Positions 44,496-52,994 of a DNA stretch of 53,324 nt are shown in pieces (the stretch's first letter is position 1; each line of letters opens with the position of its first letter). Source of the stretch: Candidatus Thorarchaeota archaeon (GTDB lineage Archaea; Asgardarchaeota; Thorarchaeia; Thorarchaeales; Thorarchaeaceae); assembly GCA_048882385.1 (NCBI GenBank), contig JBHLRQ010000009.1:1-53324 (forward strand), in the 5' to 3' direction. A model generated the notes under the pieces. It saw only the letters and a list, made by a program, of their open reading frames with translations, did not search any database and was not told the DNA's origin. Both the position numbers and the translations under genes were made by a program.

Positions 44496-45299
44496 TCATA
44501 GTGAATTTGCATAGTCAAGAGCCAATCTGATTCGCTCTTTCAGAATTTCAGAAGACTTCTCTACAATTTCCTCTGGAGAGAGCGCGCCTGTGGACTCTAC
44601 TTTAAACAGAAAACTATCTTTCTTGGAATCAATTGATATTGCTCCAGGTTCACAGACTTCAACGCAAGCTTCGCATAGACTGCAATCCAGAGTGTTCTGT
44701 GTCGATATTGTATCACCCTCAACTCGCAGGATGTTTTTGGGGCAAACATCTACACAGTCTCCACACTGATTGCACTTCTCCTTGTTCACTTCGACTATGG
44801 GCACATATTTGTATGAAACCGTTGATACTGGCTGGAACTTTGCGTTTTCCACACCCTTGCCAAGTCTAGCATACGCTTCGATGATTAGACGTTGACCAGG
44901 AGCCAGCTTCACCAGGGGAATATCACCTGATGCAGGAACTACCTTGGGATCTTGTGATGTGAGGTCGCTGGAATTGACTATTCTCTCTTCATTGTCTTCA
45001 GCTGCTTCCTCGAGTGTGAGTGTACATTGACAAAGACTGCAGCCCTTGCCTTCACAATCGCATTCTTCTGGTAGATTATAGCTCTCAAGATCCGTAACAA
45101 GAGGAATTAGTCCCAGTCTGTGTGCGAGCATCTCATCATACATGACGCTTGTGTTTTCAAGAACAAGCACTTCATCTATAGCCATAGATGGTAGTCTGGT
45201 AAGCATGGTCCTACGTAAAGCATTTGCAAACGCAACATCGACTCCTTCCACTAGGAAGTGAATTATGTTATCCTGTTTGTGGGTTATTGTAATTTCCAT
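44496..45299 (-). CDS. rpoD: RNA polymerase subunit D (Rpo3) with 2x[4Fe-4S] ferredoxin-like domain
   Basis: ANALRR, ENTSV.YDE.LAHRLGLIP, AKFQP, CNQCGDCVDVCP and CSLCEACVEVCE. Confidence 0.96.
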   Translation of the reverse strand: MEITITHKQDNIIHFLVEGVDVAFANALRRTMLTRLPSMAIDEVLVLENTSVMYDEMLAHRLGLIPLVTDLESYNLPEECDCEGKGCSLCQCTLTLEEAAEDNEERIVNSSDLTSQDPKVVPASGDIPLVKLAPGQRLIIEAYARLGKGVENAKFQPVSTVSYKYVPIVEVNKEKCNQCGDCVDVCPKNILRVEGDTISTQNTLDCSLCEACVEVCEPGAISIDSKKDSFLFKVESTGALSPEEIVEKSSEILKERIRLALDYANSL

Positions 45300-45346
45300 T
45301 GACTCACCTGACCGCAAAGGTATTGTTCACCCAAAAGACATACATA

Positions 45347-45404
45347 CCGGGACGGACTCGCCATAAGACTGTGATGCGATATGGCTCTCTCGCCCATGCC
45401 CTGG
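45347..45404 (-). promoter_or_regulatory. Structured 5' leader hairpin of the rpoD operon with a K-turn-like internal loop
   Basis: Minus strand AUGGGC-GAGAGA-GCCAUA ... UAUGGC-GA-GUCCGU; TATA-like CTTTTATG about 25 nt upstream (45429-45436). Confidence 0.45.
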
Positions 45405-45492
45405 GCATCTTCGCCTGCTTTCTCTGAACATAAAAGGCTTGTCCTAGAGCTAGTGTTGATAAATTCTGATTTGAAGTGATTTTCAAATCTGT

Positions 45493-45990
45493 CTATGCGG
45501 CTATTTCTGTGAGATCTTTTAATCCATTAACGATAAGCTTGTAGCCATTAAGACGCTGTTTAGGGTCAATGGCAACCATACCATATGTTGGAACTCCAAG
45601 GAGATCTTGAACAGATTCGGGTCTCATTGATCCAGGGAGGTCCTGTTTATTTGCAATCGCAATGACTTTCACGCCAAGTAGCTGATTTTTGTATTTTTCA
45701 AGAAGTTGACGTGTCTTGAGGACCGCCTTAGGATAACTCTCAGTGACTACGACAACCATCCTACTGCCTTTCATGAAATCAGGCCAGAGAAATTCAAAGT
45801 GCGATTGTCCACCCATTTCAATTAGAGAAGCTTTTGTGCTACCATCGATTGTGATTGTGCCACAACTCATGCCTGCAGTTGGTTGGTAATTGACCTGCAG
45901 TTTAGATGTGCTGTCCGTAAGCAATTTGATTAATGTGGACTTACCAGCATAACCGGACCCCATTAGTGCAACTTTGACATATTGTGTCAT
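45493..45990 (-). CDS. Small Ras-superfamily GTPase (Arf-like, Asgard type)
   Basis: G1 GSGYAGKST, G2 YQPT, G3 EMGGQ, F.FLW, G4 NKQD; start set at ATG 45990 (165 aa). Confidence 0.88.
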   Translation of the reverse strand: MTQYVKVALMGSGYAGKSTLIKLLTDSTSKLQVNYQPTAGMSCGTITIDGSTKASLIEMGGQSHFEFLWPDFMKGSRMVVVVTESYPKAVLKTRQLLEKYKNQLLGVKVIAIANKQDLPGSMRPESVQDLLGVPTYGMVAIDPKQRLNGYKLIVNGLKDLTEIAA

Positions 45991-46173
45991 GAGAGTTGAC
46001 TCCAAGTAGATGGTAGTTATACAGAGTATATGTTGGAGTATTTCGTGGGTAACACTCACTGTTTGAATCTCCGCCATCTGATGGCCTACTTAAGGCTAGT
46101 GAAATAAAAAGTAAAAACGCGCGATAGAAGAGCTTAACAGGCAAAACGAATCTGCAAGTCGAGAGCTGATGCG

Positions 46174-47166
46174 ATGTCCGTCAAGGAGCCTAAATTCATA
46201 GCCATTGATGAGGGGGCTCTAGAAAAACTTGGGGATTTGATGAGGAGGTATGACAATCCTCTCTGTGTGACGGACGAGTTGATACATGCGGAGTATTCTC
46301 ACCATCTTGAGAGGAATATGGAAACTCCTTGTAGATGGCTGATGGCTTCCAAATTTCGTGCAACCTCAAATACAGTCTTTGGGAATATTGACATCGTGAT
46401 TGGATTCGGAGGAGGAAATAGTCTTGATGTCGCCAAGCTTGTGGCAAGAGATACCGGACTCAATTGGATATCAGTCCCTACTGCTGCATCCCATGATGGA
46501 ATTGCAAGCGAAGTAGCTTCGGTAAGTCATAACGGGTACAAATATTCAGAAAAGTGCAAGGCACCTCTTGCAGTGATTGCAGACATCTCGATCATTTCCA
46601 AGGCACCACCTATGTTGAAGCTGGCAGGTTTGGGAGATATCATCTGTAAAACTTCTAGTTTAACGGAATGGAAAATGGCATTTGAGGTGAAAGGAGAGGC
46701 TTTTGACCAGTCGGTCTATTCAATAGTGGAAAATGCACTGAATGCAGTACTGAAAGATGATAGTCTTGAAACTCTGATCAGAGCAGAGATTGATGCAGGA
46801 CGAGCAATGAGCATATTTGGAAGTTCTCGGCCTTGTTCTGGAACCGAGCATTCCGTGTCGCATGCATTGGACAGAGAGTGCGGTCAGCTTCATGGACTTC
46901 AGGTAGCATTTGTTACTCCTCTTTGTCTTCATTATCTTAACGAAGCTGGATATTCAGACCATGCGCCAGAAGACATTCTGGAATTCATGTCTGACAGAGA
47001 TATGCCTACTACGGTTGAAAAGATGTCAATTACCGTAGAGCAGTTCATCGATGCAATACATCACGGACTGAATATTATGGAGAGAAGAAATAGATACTCA
47101 GTCCTCAAACATCTAAACGTGGATGACTCATCTTTGAGAAGTGCAATGACTAGTCTTGGGTATTGA
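46174..47166 (+). CDS. egsA: sn-glycerol-1-phosphate dehydrogenase
   Basis: GFGGG..LDVAK, VPTAASHDGIAS, SSRPCSGTEHSVSHALD, LHGLQV. Confidence 0.88.
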   Translation: MSVKEPKFIAIDEGALEKLGDLMRRYDNPLCVTDELIHAEYSHHLERNMETPCRWLMASKFRATSNTVFGNIDIVIGFGGGNSLDVAKLVARDTGLNWISVPTAASHDGIASEVASVSHNGYKYSEKCKAPLAVIADISIISKAPPMLKLAGLGDIICKTSSLTEWKMAFEVKGEAFDQSVYSIVENALNAVLKDDSLETLIRAEIDAGRAMSIFGSSRPCSGTEHSVSHALDRECGQLHGLQVAFVTPLCLHYLNEAGYSDHAPEDILEFMSDRDMPTTVEKMSITVEQFIDAIHHGLNIMERRNRYSVLKHLNVDDSSLRSAMTSLGY

Positions 47167-47253
47167 AATAATGTATTGCTTCGACAGTTTTAAAAGAAAT
47201 TAGAATCACGGCGCAGAAGAGTCTGTCCGCGAAGGACAGGTCTTGGTAACATA

Positions 47254-47279
47254 TACCGATGAAGAACTAAACTGAGGTA
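47254..47279 (+). promoter_or_regulatory. Box C/D-type K-turn in the rpl7ae 5' UTR overlapping the SD (autoregulatory element)
   Basis: TACC-GATGA-agaactaaa-CTGA-GGTA; the GAGGT SD lies in the 3' strand; upstream hairpin CTGTCC/GGACAG at 47223-47239. Confidence 0.8.
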
Positions 47280-47286
47280 AATTATC

Positions 47287-47658
47287 ATGCCAAAACCAAG
47301 TTTTGTAGAATGGGAGCCTACAGAGGAACTTCAAAAGAAAGCCCTCGAGGCTCTAGAGATAGCCAAAGACACTGGTCGGATAAAGAAAGGTATCAATGAA
47401 GCGACAAAGAGTATCGAACGCGGTATCGCACGGTTGGTTGTCGTTGCTGAAGATGTCGAGCCACAAGAAGTAATCATGTACTTACCCGGCCTCTGTGATG
47501 ACAAGAAAGCACCTTACATCTTCGTGAAAAGCAAAGCAGACCTTGGAAACGCCGCAGGTATTGAGCGGCCTACTGCTGCTGTTGCAATCATAGTGGACGG
47601 CAAGGCAAAGGAACTCGTTGATGACATTATTGAGAAAATCAACGGTCTTCGAAAGTGA
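47287..47658 (+). CDS. rpl7ae: 50S ribosomal protein L7Ae
   Basis: IKKGINEATKSIERG, AEDVEP, LGNAAGI. Confidence 0.97.
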   Translation: MPKPSFVEWEPTEELQKKALEALEIAKDTGRIKKGINEATKSIERGIARLVVVAEDVEPQEVIMYLPGLCDDKKAPYIFVKSKADLGNAAGIERPTAAVAIIVDGKAKELVDDIIEKINGLRK

Positions 47659-47678
47659 AACTAAGGTGATGGTTTCCG

Positions 47679-47903
47679 ATGAGCAAAGATGAAGAAACTA
47701 CCCCTTCAATTCCTGCTGAAGTGATTCAGCTCCTAGGAAGAACTGGAGTGACTGGTGAAATCACTCAGGTTCGTGTGAAAATCCTAGATGGCAGGGATAA
47801 AGGCCGAGTGCTGACACGTAATGTAAAGGGACCGATAAGAATGGGTGACATACTCATTCTGAGAGAAACTGAGCGTGAAGCCCGTAAGATGAGGAGGCGC
47901 TAG
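47679..47903 (+). CDS. rps28e: 30S ribosomal protein S28e
   Basis: [32 protein letters not shown]. Confidence 0.97.
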   Translation: MSKDEETTPSIPAEVIQLLGRTGVTGEITQVRVKILDGRDKGRVLTRNVKGPIRMGDILILRETEREARKMRRR

Positions 47904-47910
47904 ATTAAAA

Positions 47911-48111
47911 ATGGTTGGCACACAGACGTGTTCGTTCTGTGGGAAAGACATAGAACCTGGTACAGGTTCCGCTTTTGTCCAGACCAAGGATGGAGCTGTA
48001 TATTGGTTCTGTTCGAACAAGTGTAAATCAAATCGACTCAAACGCCGCTTAAAGCCCAGAGACACAAAATGGACTGCGGGGTATGAGAAAGGCGGAAAAG
48101 CATCTCGTTAG
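47911..48111 (+). CDS. rpl24e: 50S ribosomal protein L24e
   Basis: CSFCG..IEPGTG, FCSNKC, PR..KWT. Confidence 0.96.
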   Translation: MVGTQTCSFCGKDIEPGTGSAFVQTKDGAVYWFCSNKCKSNRLKRRLKPRDTKWTAGYEKGGKASR

Positions 48112-48158
48112 AAAATAGAAACAAACCAAGGGTGGCGTACATGCCACCTGAGGTTTCA
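48112..48158. terminator. Hairpin between convergent rpl24e and ndk
   Basis: GGTGGC/GCCACC stem at 48131-48148; the A-rich left flank gives a U-tract on the minus strand. Confidence 0.45.
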
Positions 48159-48159
48159 A

Positions 48160-48822
48160 TTATTCCTTTTCGACTTCTTCTTTAACAAAGTCAAAAATCA
48201 CTTTCGCAAGAGTTCTGATGTCTTCAGGATTGATTCCCTTTGCATCCTTGCCCAGAAGATCAATTAATGAGTTTAGGACTGATTCGGATATGTCACGGTT
48301 TTCTATTGCATCCTTGACAACACCACGAATCTGCTCTGTAAAGTCTGCATCACCCGAGATGTATTGATTAACATAGCTTTTTGCCATGCTCTCGGCATCC
48401 GAAGATTCCTCGAGACCTCCTTCATTTGTCCAGAGCTCTATTTCCTTTGTAGCAGTTTCAGATGCATCAGAAGCATGTGCTATGTTAATTCCTGCCCATA
48501 TTCCGTATTTACCACGAAGTGAAGAAGGATTTGCTTTTTGCACAAAAGTTGCTCCAAGAGCATCACGGACACCTTGTATGACATCATCAGCTTCAAAAAT
48601 CATGGCTAAGACAGGAGCAGAAGATATGAAATCAACTAACCATGGAAAGAATGGTTTCTCCTGATGTACTGCATAATGGAGTTTTGCTAGTGACTCAGGG
48701 ACCTTCATTTCTCGGAATGCACATATTCGATAGCCCCTGTCCATTAATGCTTTCAGAACTAATGCGCTGACTCTCCGACGGGCAGTACCATCGGGTTTGA
48801 TTATAACGAACGACCGTTCCAA
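48160..48822 (-). CDS. ndk: Nucleoside diphosphate kinase with C-terminal extension
   Basis: ERSFVIIKPDG, HYAVH..KPFF, GAT, SLRG, NIAHASD; about 80 extra residues after EIELW. Confidence 0.92.
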   Translation of the reverse strand: MERSFVIIKPDGTARRRVSALVLKALMDRGYRICAFREMKVPESLAKLHYAVHQEKPFFPWLVDFISSAPVLAMIFEADDVIQGVRDALGATFVQKANPSSLRGKYGIWAGINIAHASDASETATKEIELWTNEGGLEESSDAESMAKSYVNQYISGDADFTEQIRGVVKDAIENRDISESVLNSLIDLLGKDAKGINPEDIRTLAKVIFDFVKEEVEKE

Positions 48823-48992
48823 TTATCTCACCTGTTTCATATGATACCGAATAGTCTGTATTCACAACTTTCGCGGGATAAGAGGTGAATATAATCCATT
48901 TCATTGAGCACCATAAAGAAACTGCTGGTAAAAACGACACTTTCATAACTGTAGTCAATTTTTCCACAACAATTCCTTGTGAGGTGCCAACA

Positions 48993-50774
48993 GTGACAGA
49001 CAAGGAGAAACTTCGATCCCCAATTGTTACAGTTCTTGGACATATTGATCATGGTAAGACTTCCTTACTCGATAAAATGCGTGGAACAGGAGTCCAAGAT
49101 AGAGAGGCTGCAGGTATTACTCAACACATAGGTGCTTCATTCTTTCCCACAGAAACTATTCTTTCAATATGTGGAGAACTCCTTAAGACTGTCAATACTG
49201 AACTTACAATTGATGGGTTACTCTTTATTGACACACCTGGTCATGAGGCGTACCTCAACTTAAGACGCCGGGGTGGAGCAATCGCTGATATAGCAATATT
49301 AGTTGTGGACATAAATGAAGGACCTCTGACACAGTCTTATGAGTCACTCAAGATACTACGTTCAGGAAAGACACCATTCCTAATAGCGGCAAACAAACTT
49401 GACAAGGTTCCTGGTTGGAGAGAGAAACCTGGAATGACGCTGATTCAAGCTATTAAGGCTCAAGGCCAGTCTACTCAGAATGAGATTGATAGACGTCTAT
49501 ATGAGATTGTAGGGGCCCTCTCTGCTAATAGTATTCAGTCAGAACGATTTGATCGCGTTGAAGATTTTAGAAAGACTGTAGCAATCGTTCCAACTAGTGC
49601 AAAAACAGGGGATGGGATTCCAGAGCTTCTGATGGTGCTGTCAGGTTTGACTCAGCAGTATATGAAGGAAAGACTGCGGATATCTTCTGGTCCTGCAGTA
49701 GGCGCAATTCTTGAAGTAAGAGAAGAAACTGGACTCGGAACAACGCTTGATACAATAATCTATGATGGTGTGCTGAAGAAGACGGACACAGTAGTAGTAG
49801 GCGGTCTTGACAAAGTCATTGTTGCCAAGATAAGAGCACTGCTGCAACCAAAACCTTTGGATGAAATTCGAGATCCAAAGGAGAAATTTACTCATGTTGA
49901 CAAAGTTCATGCGGCTGCTGGTGTCAAGATAGTTGCTCCTGACATAGAAGGAGCGGTAGCAGGTGCTCCAGTGTATGCTGTCAGCGACCCAGGAAAAATC
50001 GATGAGATTAAACAAAAAGTTCGTGATGAAGTGAGTGCAATACGCATTCAAACAGACAAATCAGGAATTGTCCTGAAAACAGATACTCTTGGTTCATTAG
50101 AAGCTGTTACACAATTCTTACAGGACCGCAAAGTACCAGTGAGATTTGCGGATGTAGGCCCCATTGTAAAACGTGATATTATCGAAGCACAGGCCTCTGG
50201 CGATACAGATCCCCTAAATGCAGTAGTTTTGGGTTTTAATGTAAAGTTTGCTCCAGATATTGAAGACCTTGCAGCTGAACTAGGTGTAGAAACCTTCCGC
50301 AACGAAGTTATCTATCGTTTATATGATGACTATAATGCTTGGTTGATTGTAAAGAAAGAGCAGGCAAAAGCAGATTCTCTGGCTTCGATTATCAGGCCGG
50401 GCAAGATTGAACTTATGCCAGAATATGTCTTTCGACAGAGTAATCCTGCTGTGGTAGGAGTAAAGGTTCATGGTGTAATTAAACCTAGGACAGGATTGAT
50501 CAATGAGGAGGGCAAGCGAGTTGGAACTATTCTGCAAATACAAGACAGAAGTGTCACCATAGATGAAGCTACTGAGGGAATGGAAGTTGCCGTTTCAATT
50601 AGGGGACCGACGATTGGACGACAAGTGAAAGATACTGAGATACTCTATACTGATATTCCAGACAAGCATGTATTAGCAATCAGAAAGAAGTTCATGGATG
50701 ATTTGTCTCAGTCAGAACAAGAAGTGCTTGAGGAGTTCACCACGATAAAGAGATCGATTGGTGGTCTTATCTAA
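48993..50774 (+). CDS. infB: Translation initiation factor aIF5B (IF-2)
   Basis: LRSPIV.VLGHIDHGKTSLLD, EAAGITQHIGA, DTPGHE, NKLD, SAKTG; GTG start after GAGGTG SD. Confidence 0.97.
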   Translation: MTDKEKLRSPIVTVLGHIDHGKTSLLDKMRGTGVQDREAAGITQHIGASFFPTETILSICGELLKTVNTELTIDGLLFIDTPGHEAYLNLRRRGGAIADIAILVVDINEGPLTQSYESLKILRSGKTPFLIAANKLDKVPGWREKPGMTLIQAIKAQGQSTQNEIDRRLYEIVGALSANSIQSERFDRVEDFRKTVAIVPTSAKTGDGIPELLMVLSGLTQQYMKERLRISSGPAVGAILEVREETGLGTTLDTIIYDGVLKKTDTVVVGGLDKVIVAKIRALLQPKPLDEIRDPKEKFTHVDKVHAAAGVKIVAPDIEGAVAGAPVYAVSDPGKIDEIKQKVRDEVSAIRIQTDKSGIVLKTDTLGSLEAVTQFLQDRKVPVRFADVGPIVKRDIIEAQASGDTDPLNAVVLGFNVKFAPDIEDLAAELGVETFRNEVIYRLYDDYNAWLIVKKEQAKADSLASIIRPGKIELMPEYVFRQSNPAVVGVKVHGVIKPRTGLINEEGKRVGTILQIQDRSVTIDEATEGMEVAVSIRGPTIGRQVKDTEILYTDIPDKHVLAIRKKFMDDLSQSEQEVLEEFTTIKRSIGGLI

Positions 50775-50808
50775 CTAAACGTTTTTAGGCAATACCGAAA
50801 AAAGAGTC

Positions 50809-51125
50809 AGTGCAGCGGGTAGGGCGGGCCGTTTGCCGCGGTCGCGACCACAAGGCACTAGTGGCGCCAGTAACCCCGTGGAGGATGAAACCCAATCACG
50901 GAGAGTTTCGCTGTGGGACTGTGATGAGCAGTCTCTGGAGTCTGTTACGGGTATAGCAACACTCGAAGGTGTGTTGTGATTATCTTAGACTTCCGAACCG
51001 GGTCAGGCCCTGGCGGGAACAGCCCTAAGGATAAGTAGTGGAGCCCCAGAGGTAGCTGCTTTGAGAAACGCAACGAGCTAACTCACCGTGAAAAGGACAT
51101 TCGATACATCGGGTGCCGCTGCACT
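50809..51125 (+). ncRNA. ffs: Archaeal SRP RNA (7S)
   Basis: Termini pair (AGTGCAGCGG / CCGCTGCACT), about 317 nt and GC-rich; helix 6 GCAACAC..GTGTTGT; helix 8 CCGAACCGGGTCAGGCCC-TGGC-GGGAACAGCCCTAAGG; TTTTTA box about 25 nt upstream. Confidence 0.88.
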
Positions 51126-51149
51126 CCTTCTGACAACTGTGACTATTCA

Positions 51150-51200
51150 GATAATAAAAACAGATAGGCGGCTGAGCGCTCGCTTATAGCACTCAACCGC
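51150..51200 (-). terminator. Hairpin plus U-tract terminator on the minus strand
   Basis: Minus strand GCGGUUGAGUGCU-7nt-AGCGCUCAGCCGC (13 bp with two G-U pairs that form only on this strand) followed by CUAUCUGUUUUUAUU. Confidence 0.7.
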
Positions 51201-51245
51201 AAAATTGCGTTGTCCTGCCATTAGCATAACACCTCTGTGTTAAGC

Positions 51246-51467
51246 TTATGAACGAACAACGAGAGTTCTTGCATTTGTTCTAGCAATCTCTAGATTGCGG
51301 ATTGCTGCTTCAGAGGCCCTGTGGACGCGAATCTCTCTGAGATCGGGATGTTCAGAAAGTGGTATGTCCTTCTTGTTCAAGAGCTTGGAGTCGCTAATCG
51401 CTTTCATGAGTAGTTGCATTCTAGTTGTTTTCAGCACTATTTTCACACTCTGTTCAACAGGTTTCAA
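51246..51467 (-). CDS. Small hypothetical protein (53-73 aa, start uncertain: 51467, 51419 or 51407)
   Basis: ORF divergent from the regulator and followed by a strand-specific terminator. Confidence 0.5.
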   Translation of the reverse strand: MKPVEQSVKIVLKTTRMQLLMKAISDSKLLNKKDIPLSEHPDLREIRVHRASEAAIRNLEIARTNARTLVVRS

Positions 51468-51564
51468 TGGACAAGACTTTCTGATTGAAGGAGGAAGCCT
51501 TCGTGGATAATTTTCGAAATCCTTGCGAGTATATCGTCGCTATTATTTCTCCAATATTTACCAG

Positions 51565-51657
51565 AATAATGAAATTCCGGCATTATTGTGATTTCTTGTT
51601 TACCCATTGTAAACCACTAATGAAAATACCGGCAACAAAGTATATATATTTATTGCC
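51565..51657. promoter_or_regulatory. Divergent promoter region with repeated and palindromic operator-like sites
   Basis: AATAATG-9nt-CATTATT; direct repeat TAATGAAA(A)T(T/A)CCGGCA at 51567 and 51618; GGCAACAAA..TTTATTGCC flanking TATATATA. Confidence 0.5.
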
Positions 51658-51726
51658 TCAAGTAATATATAATCGTCAGATTTAATAAGATGAAAGAAGG
51701 ACCAAAGAAATGGAGACTAGGAGAAT

Positions 51727-52815
51727 ATGAAACTGGCTGTCCAACTAGATGAAACTGATATTGGTATACTGGCAGCAATCCAAAAAGACGCGTCAAAGAT
51801 TTCCACAAGCGAGTTGAGCGAGCAGTTAGGAATTCCTGATAGGACGGTTAGGTACCGTCTTAACAAGCTACGAGAGCAAGGATTACTAAAGCCACCGAAA
51901 TTGATGACTTATGAGAGAAAGATTGGTCTTGGAGAACAGCTCTTACTCTTGCAGAGCATTCCAGAAAAAGAAGAAACTCTTGTGAAAATTCTCGACGAGA
52001 TTGATTTCTTCTATTACTATAGCCCGACCTATGGCAGATACGATGGATACATGGTCTATACAATGTTCCCACTGGTAGCTCCCAGAATGGTCAGACAAGT
52101 GGCTGAGGAGCTTAAAGAGAAAGATCTGATTAGTGATTTTTACATCTTTGATCTTGTGGATTATTGTAGAAAAGGAGTTGATGTATCTCCACTTCTTCCT
52201 GATAGCGACTGGTCATGGTCAAAATGGTCAGAAGAGGCTAAGCAGATCATGAGTGAGGGGTGTGATCTTGAACTAGGACTGGAAGAATTTCCATCAACAG
52301 TGAAATTCGACTATCGAGACATTCAGATTCTGACACATATGGTGGAGAATCCCGAGGCGACTCAGAAGGAAATTGGAGAGTTGTTAGACCTCTCATCTGC
52401 TCAAGTCCATAAGAGGATCAAGAGACTGGAGGAGTCAGGTGTAATCAGAGGTGTTAAGCTCTACTTTACCCCATTCAAAGACATCATGGTGATTGGATGC
52501 TTCTTCAAATCACGTGAACATGCGAAGAAAATTTTGTGTGGATTCCACAGGCTTCCTTTTGAAATCACTTTTGTTCAGGAGAGCAGTACTGACTACGAGG
52601 TACAAATTGTATTGCCATCAAGTGAGATGAATCAGTTTTTGCAGAATGTGAACGTCTTCAGAAAATACACTGAAGAATTCTTTATTCAGACAAGTCTAAA
52701 GGGCAAAAGCAAGGGATATGCGCACCTGCTAAGATCCTTCAAACAAGATGCCTGTTGTTGGGAGATGCCACTGAGCGACACTATGCAGACGATAAGGAGT
52801 ATTTCTGTTTCTTAA
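51727..52815 (+). CDS. Tandem-duplicated Lrp/AsnC-type wHTH transcriptional regulator
   Basis: Two HTH units: LDETDIGIL...TVRYRLNKL...G and FDYRDIQIL...QVHKRIKRLEESGVI, each followed by an effector-like domain. Confidence 0.85.
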   Translation: MKLAVQLDETDIGILAAIQKDASKISTSELSEQLGIPDRTVRYRLNKLREQGLLKPPKLMTYERKIGLGEQLLLLQSIPEKEETLVKILDEIDFFYYYSPTYGRYDGYMVYTMFPLVAPRMVRQVAEELKEKDLISDFYIFDLVDYCRKGVDVSPLLPDSDWSWSKWSEEAKQIMSEGCDLELGLEEFPSTVKFDYRDIQILTHMVENPEATQKEIGELLDLSSAQVHKRIKRLEESGVIRGVKLYFTPFKDIMVIGCFFKSREHAKKILCGFHRLPFEITFVQESSTDYEVQIVLPSSEMNQFLQNVNVFRKYTEEFFIQTSLKGKSKGYAHLLRSFKQDACCWEMPLSDTMQTIRSISVS

Positions 52816-52870
52816 GATTGGCTCTGTCAAAATCTTTATGAGAGAATCGCGAGCCGAACGTGTTACTCGC

Positions 52871-52984
52871 GCTGAGGTATCCTAGCCTGGCAGGGAGCTG
52901 GATTGCTAATGATAGCTAATCCAGCTGTCCGCAAACATCCAGTGTGCTAAGCACTCGAGGGTTCAAATCCCTCCCTCAGCGCCA
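52871..52984 (+). tRNA. tRNA-Ser (anticodon GCU) with 28-nt intron at position 37/38 (52909-52936), CCA encoded
   Basis: Acceptor GCTGAGG/CCTCAGC, G discriminator, long variable arm GTGC-TAA-GCAC, T arm GAGGG-TTCAAAT-CCCTC; BHB with central helix TTGC/GCAA and bulges TAA and ACA. Confidence 0.93.
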
Positions 52985-52994
52985 ATTCTTTTCT

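Noticed and set aside
44640-44780. Ferredoxin domain in RpoD as a novelty
   Set aside because: Fe-S-binding domain 3 of Rpo3 is already established in many archaea
45347-45404. SECIS element or selenoprotein signal
   Set aside because: No canonical AUGA/GA core, it lies in a 5' leader, and I saw no gene here with an in-frame UGA extending a homologous domain
45304-45486. 60 aa ORF upstream of rpoD
   Set aside because: No protein-like motif and a non-ATG start; the region is better explained as promoter plus structured leader
48885-48992. N-terminal extensions called by the ORF track (infB, also mazG, folP, gcvT, engB, rps2, GTPase)
   Set aside because: The extensions precede the conserved N-termini, often overlap neighbouring genes, and downstream starts generally have better SD placement
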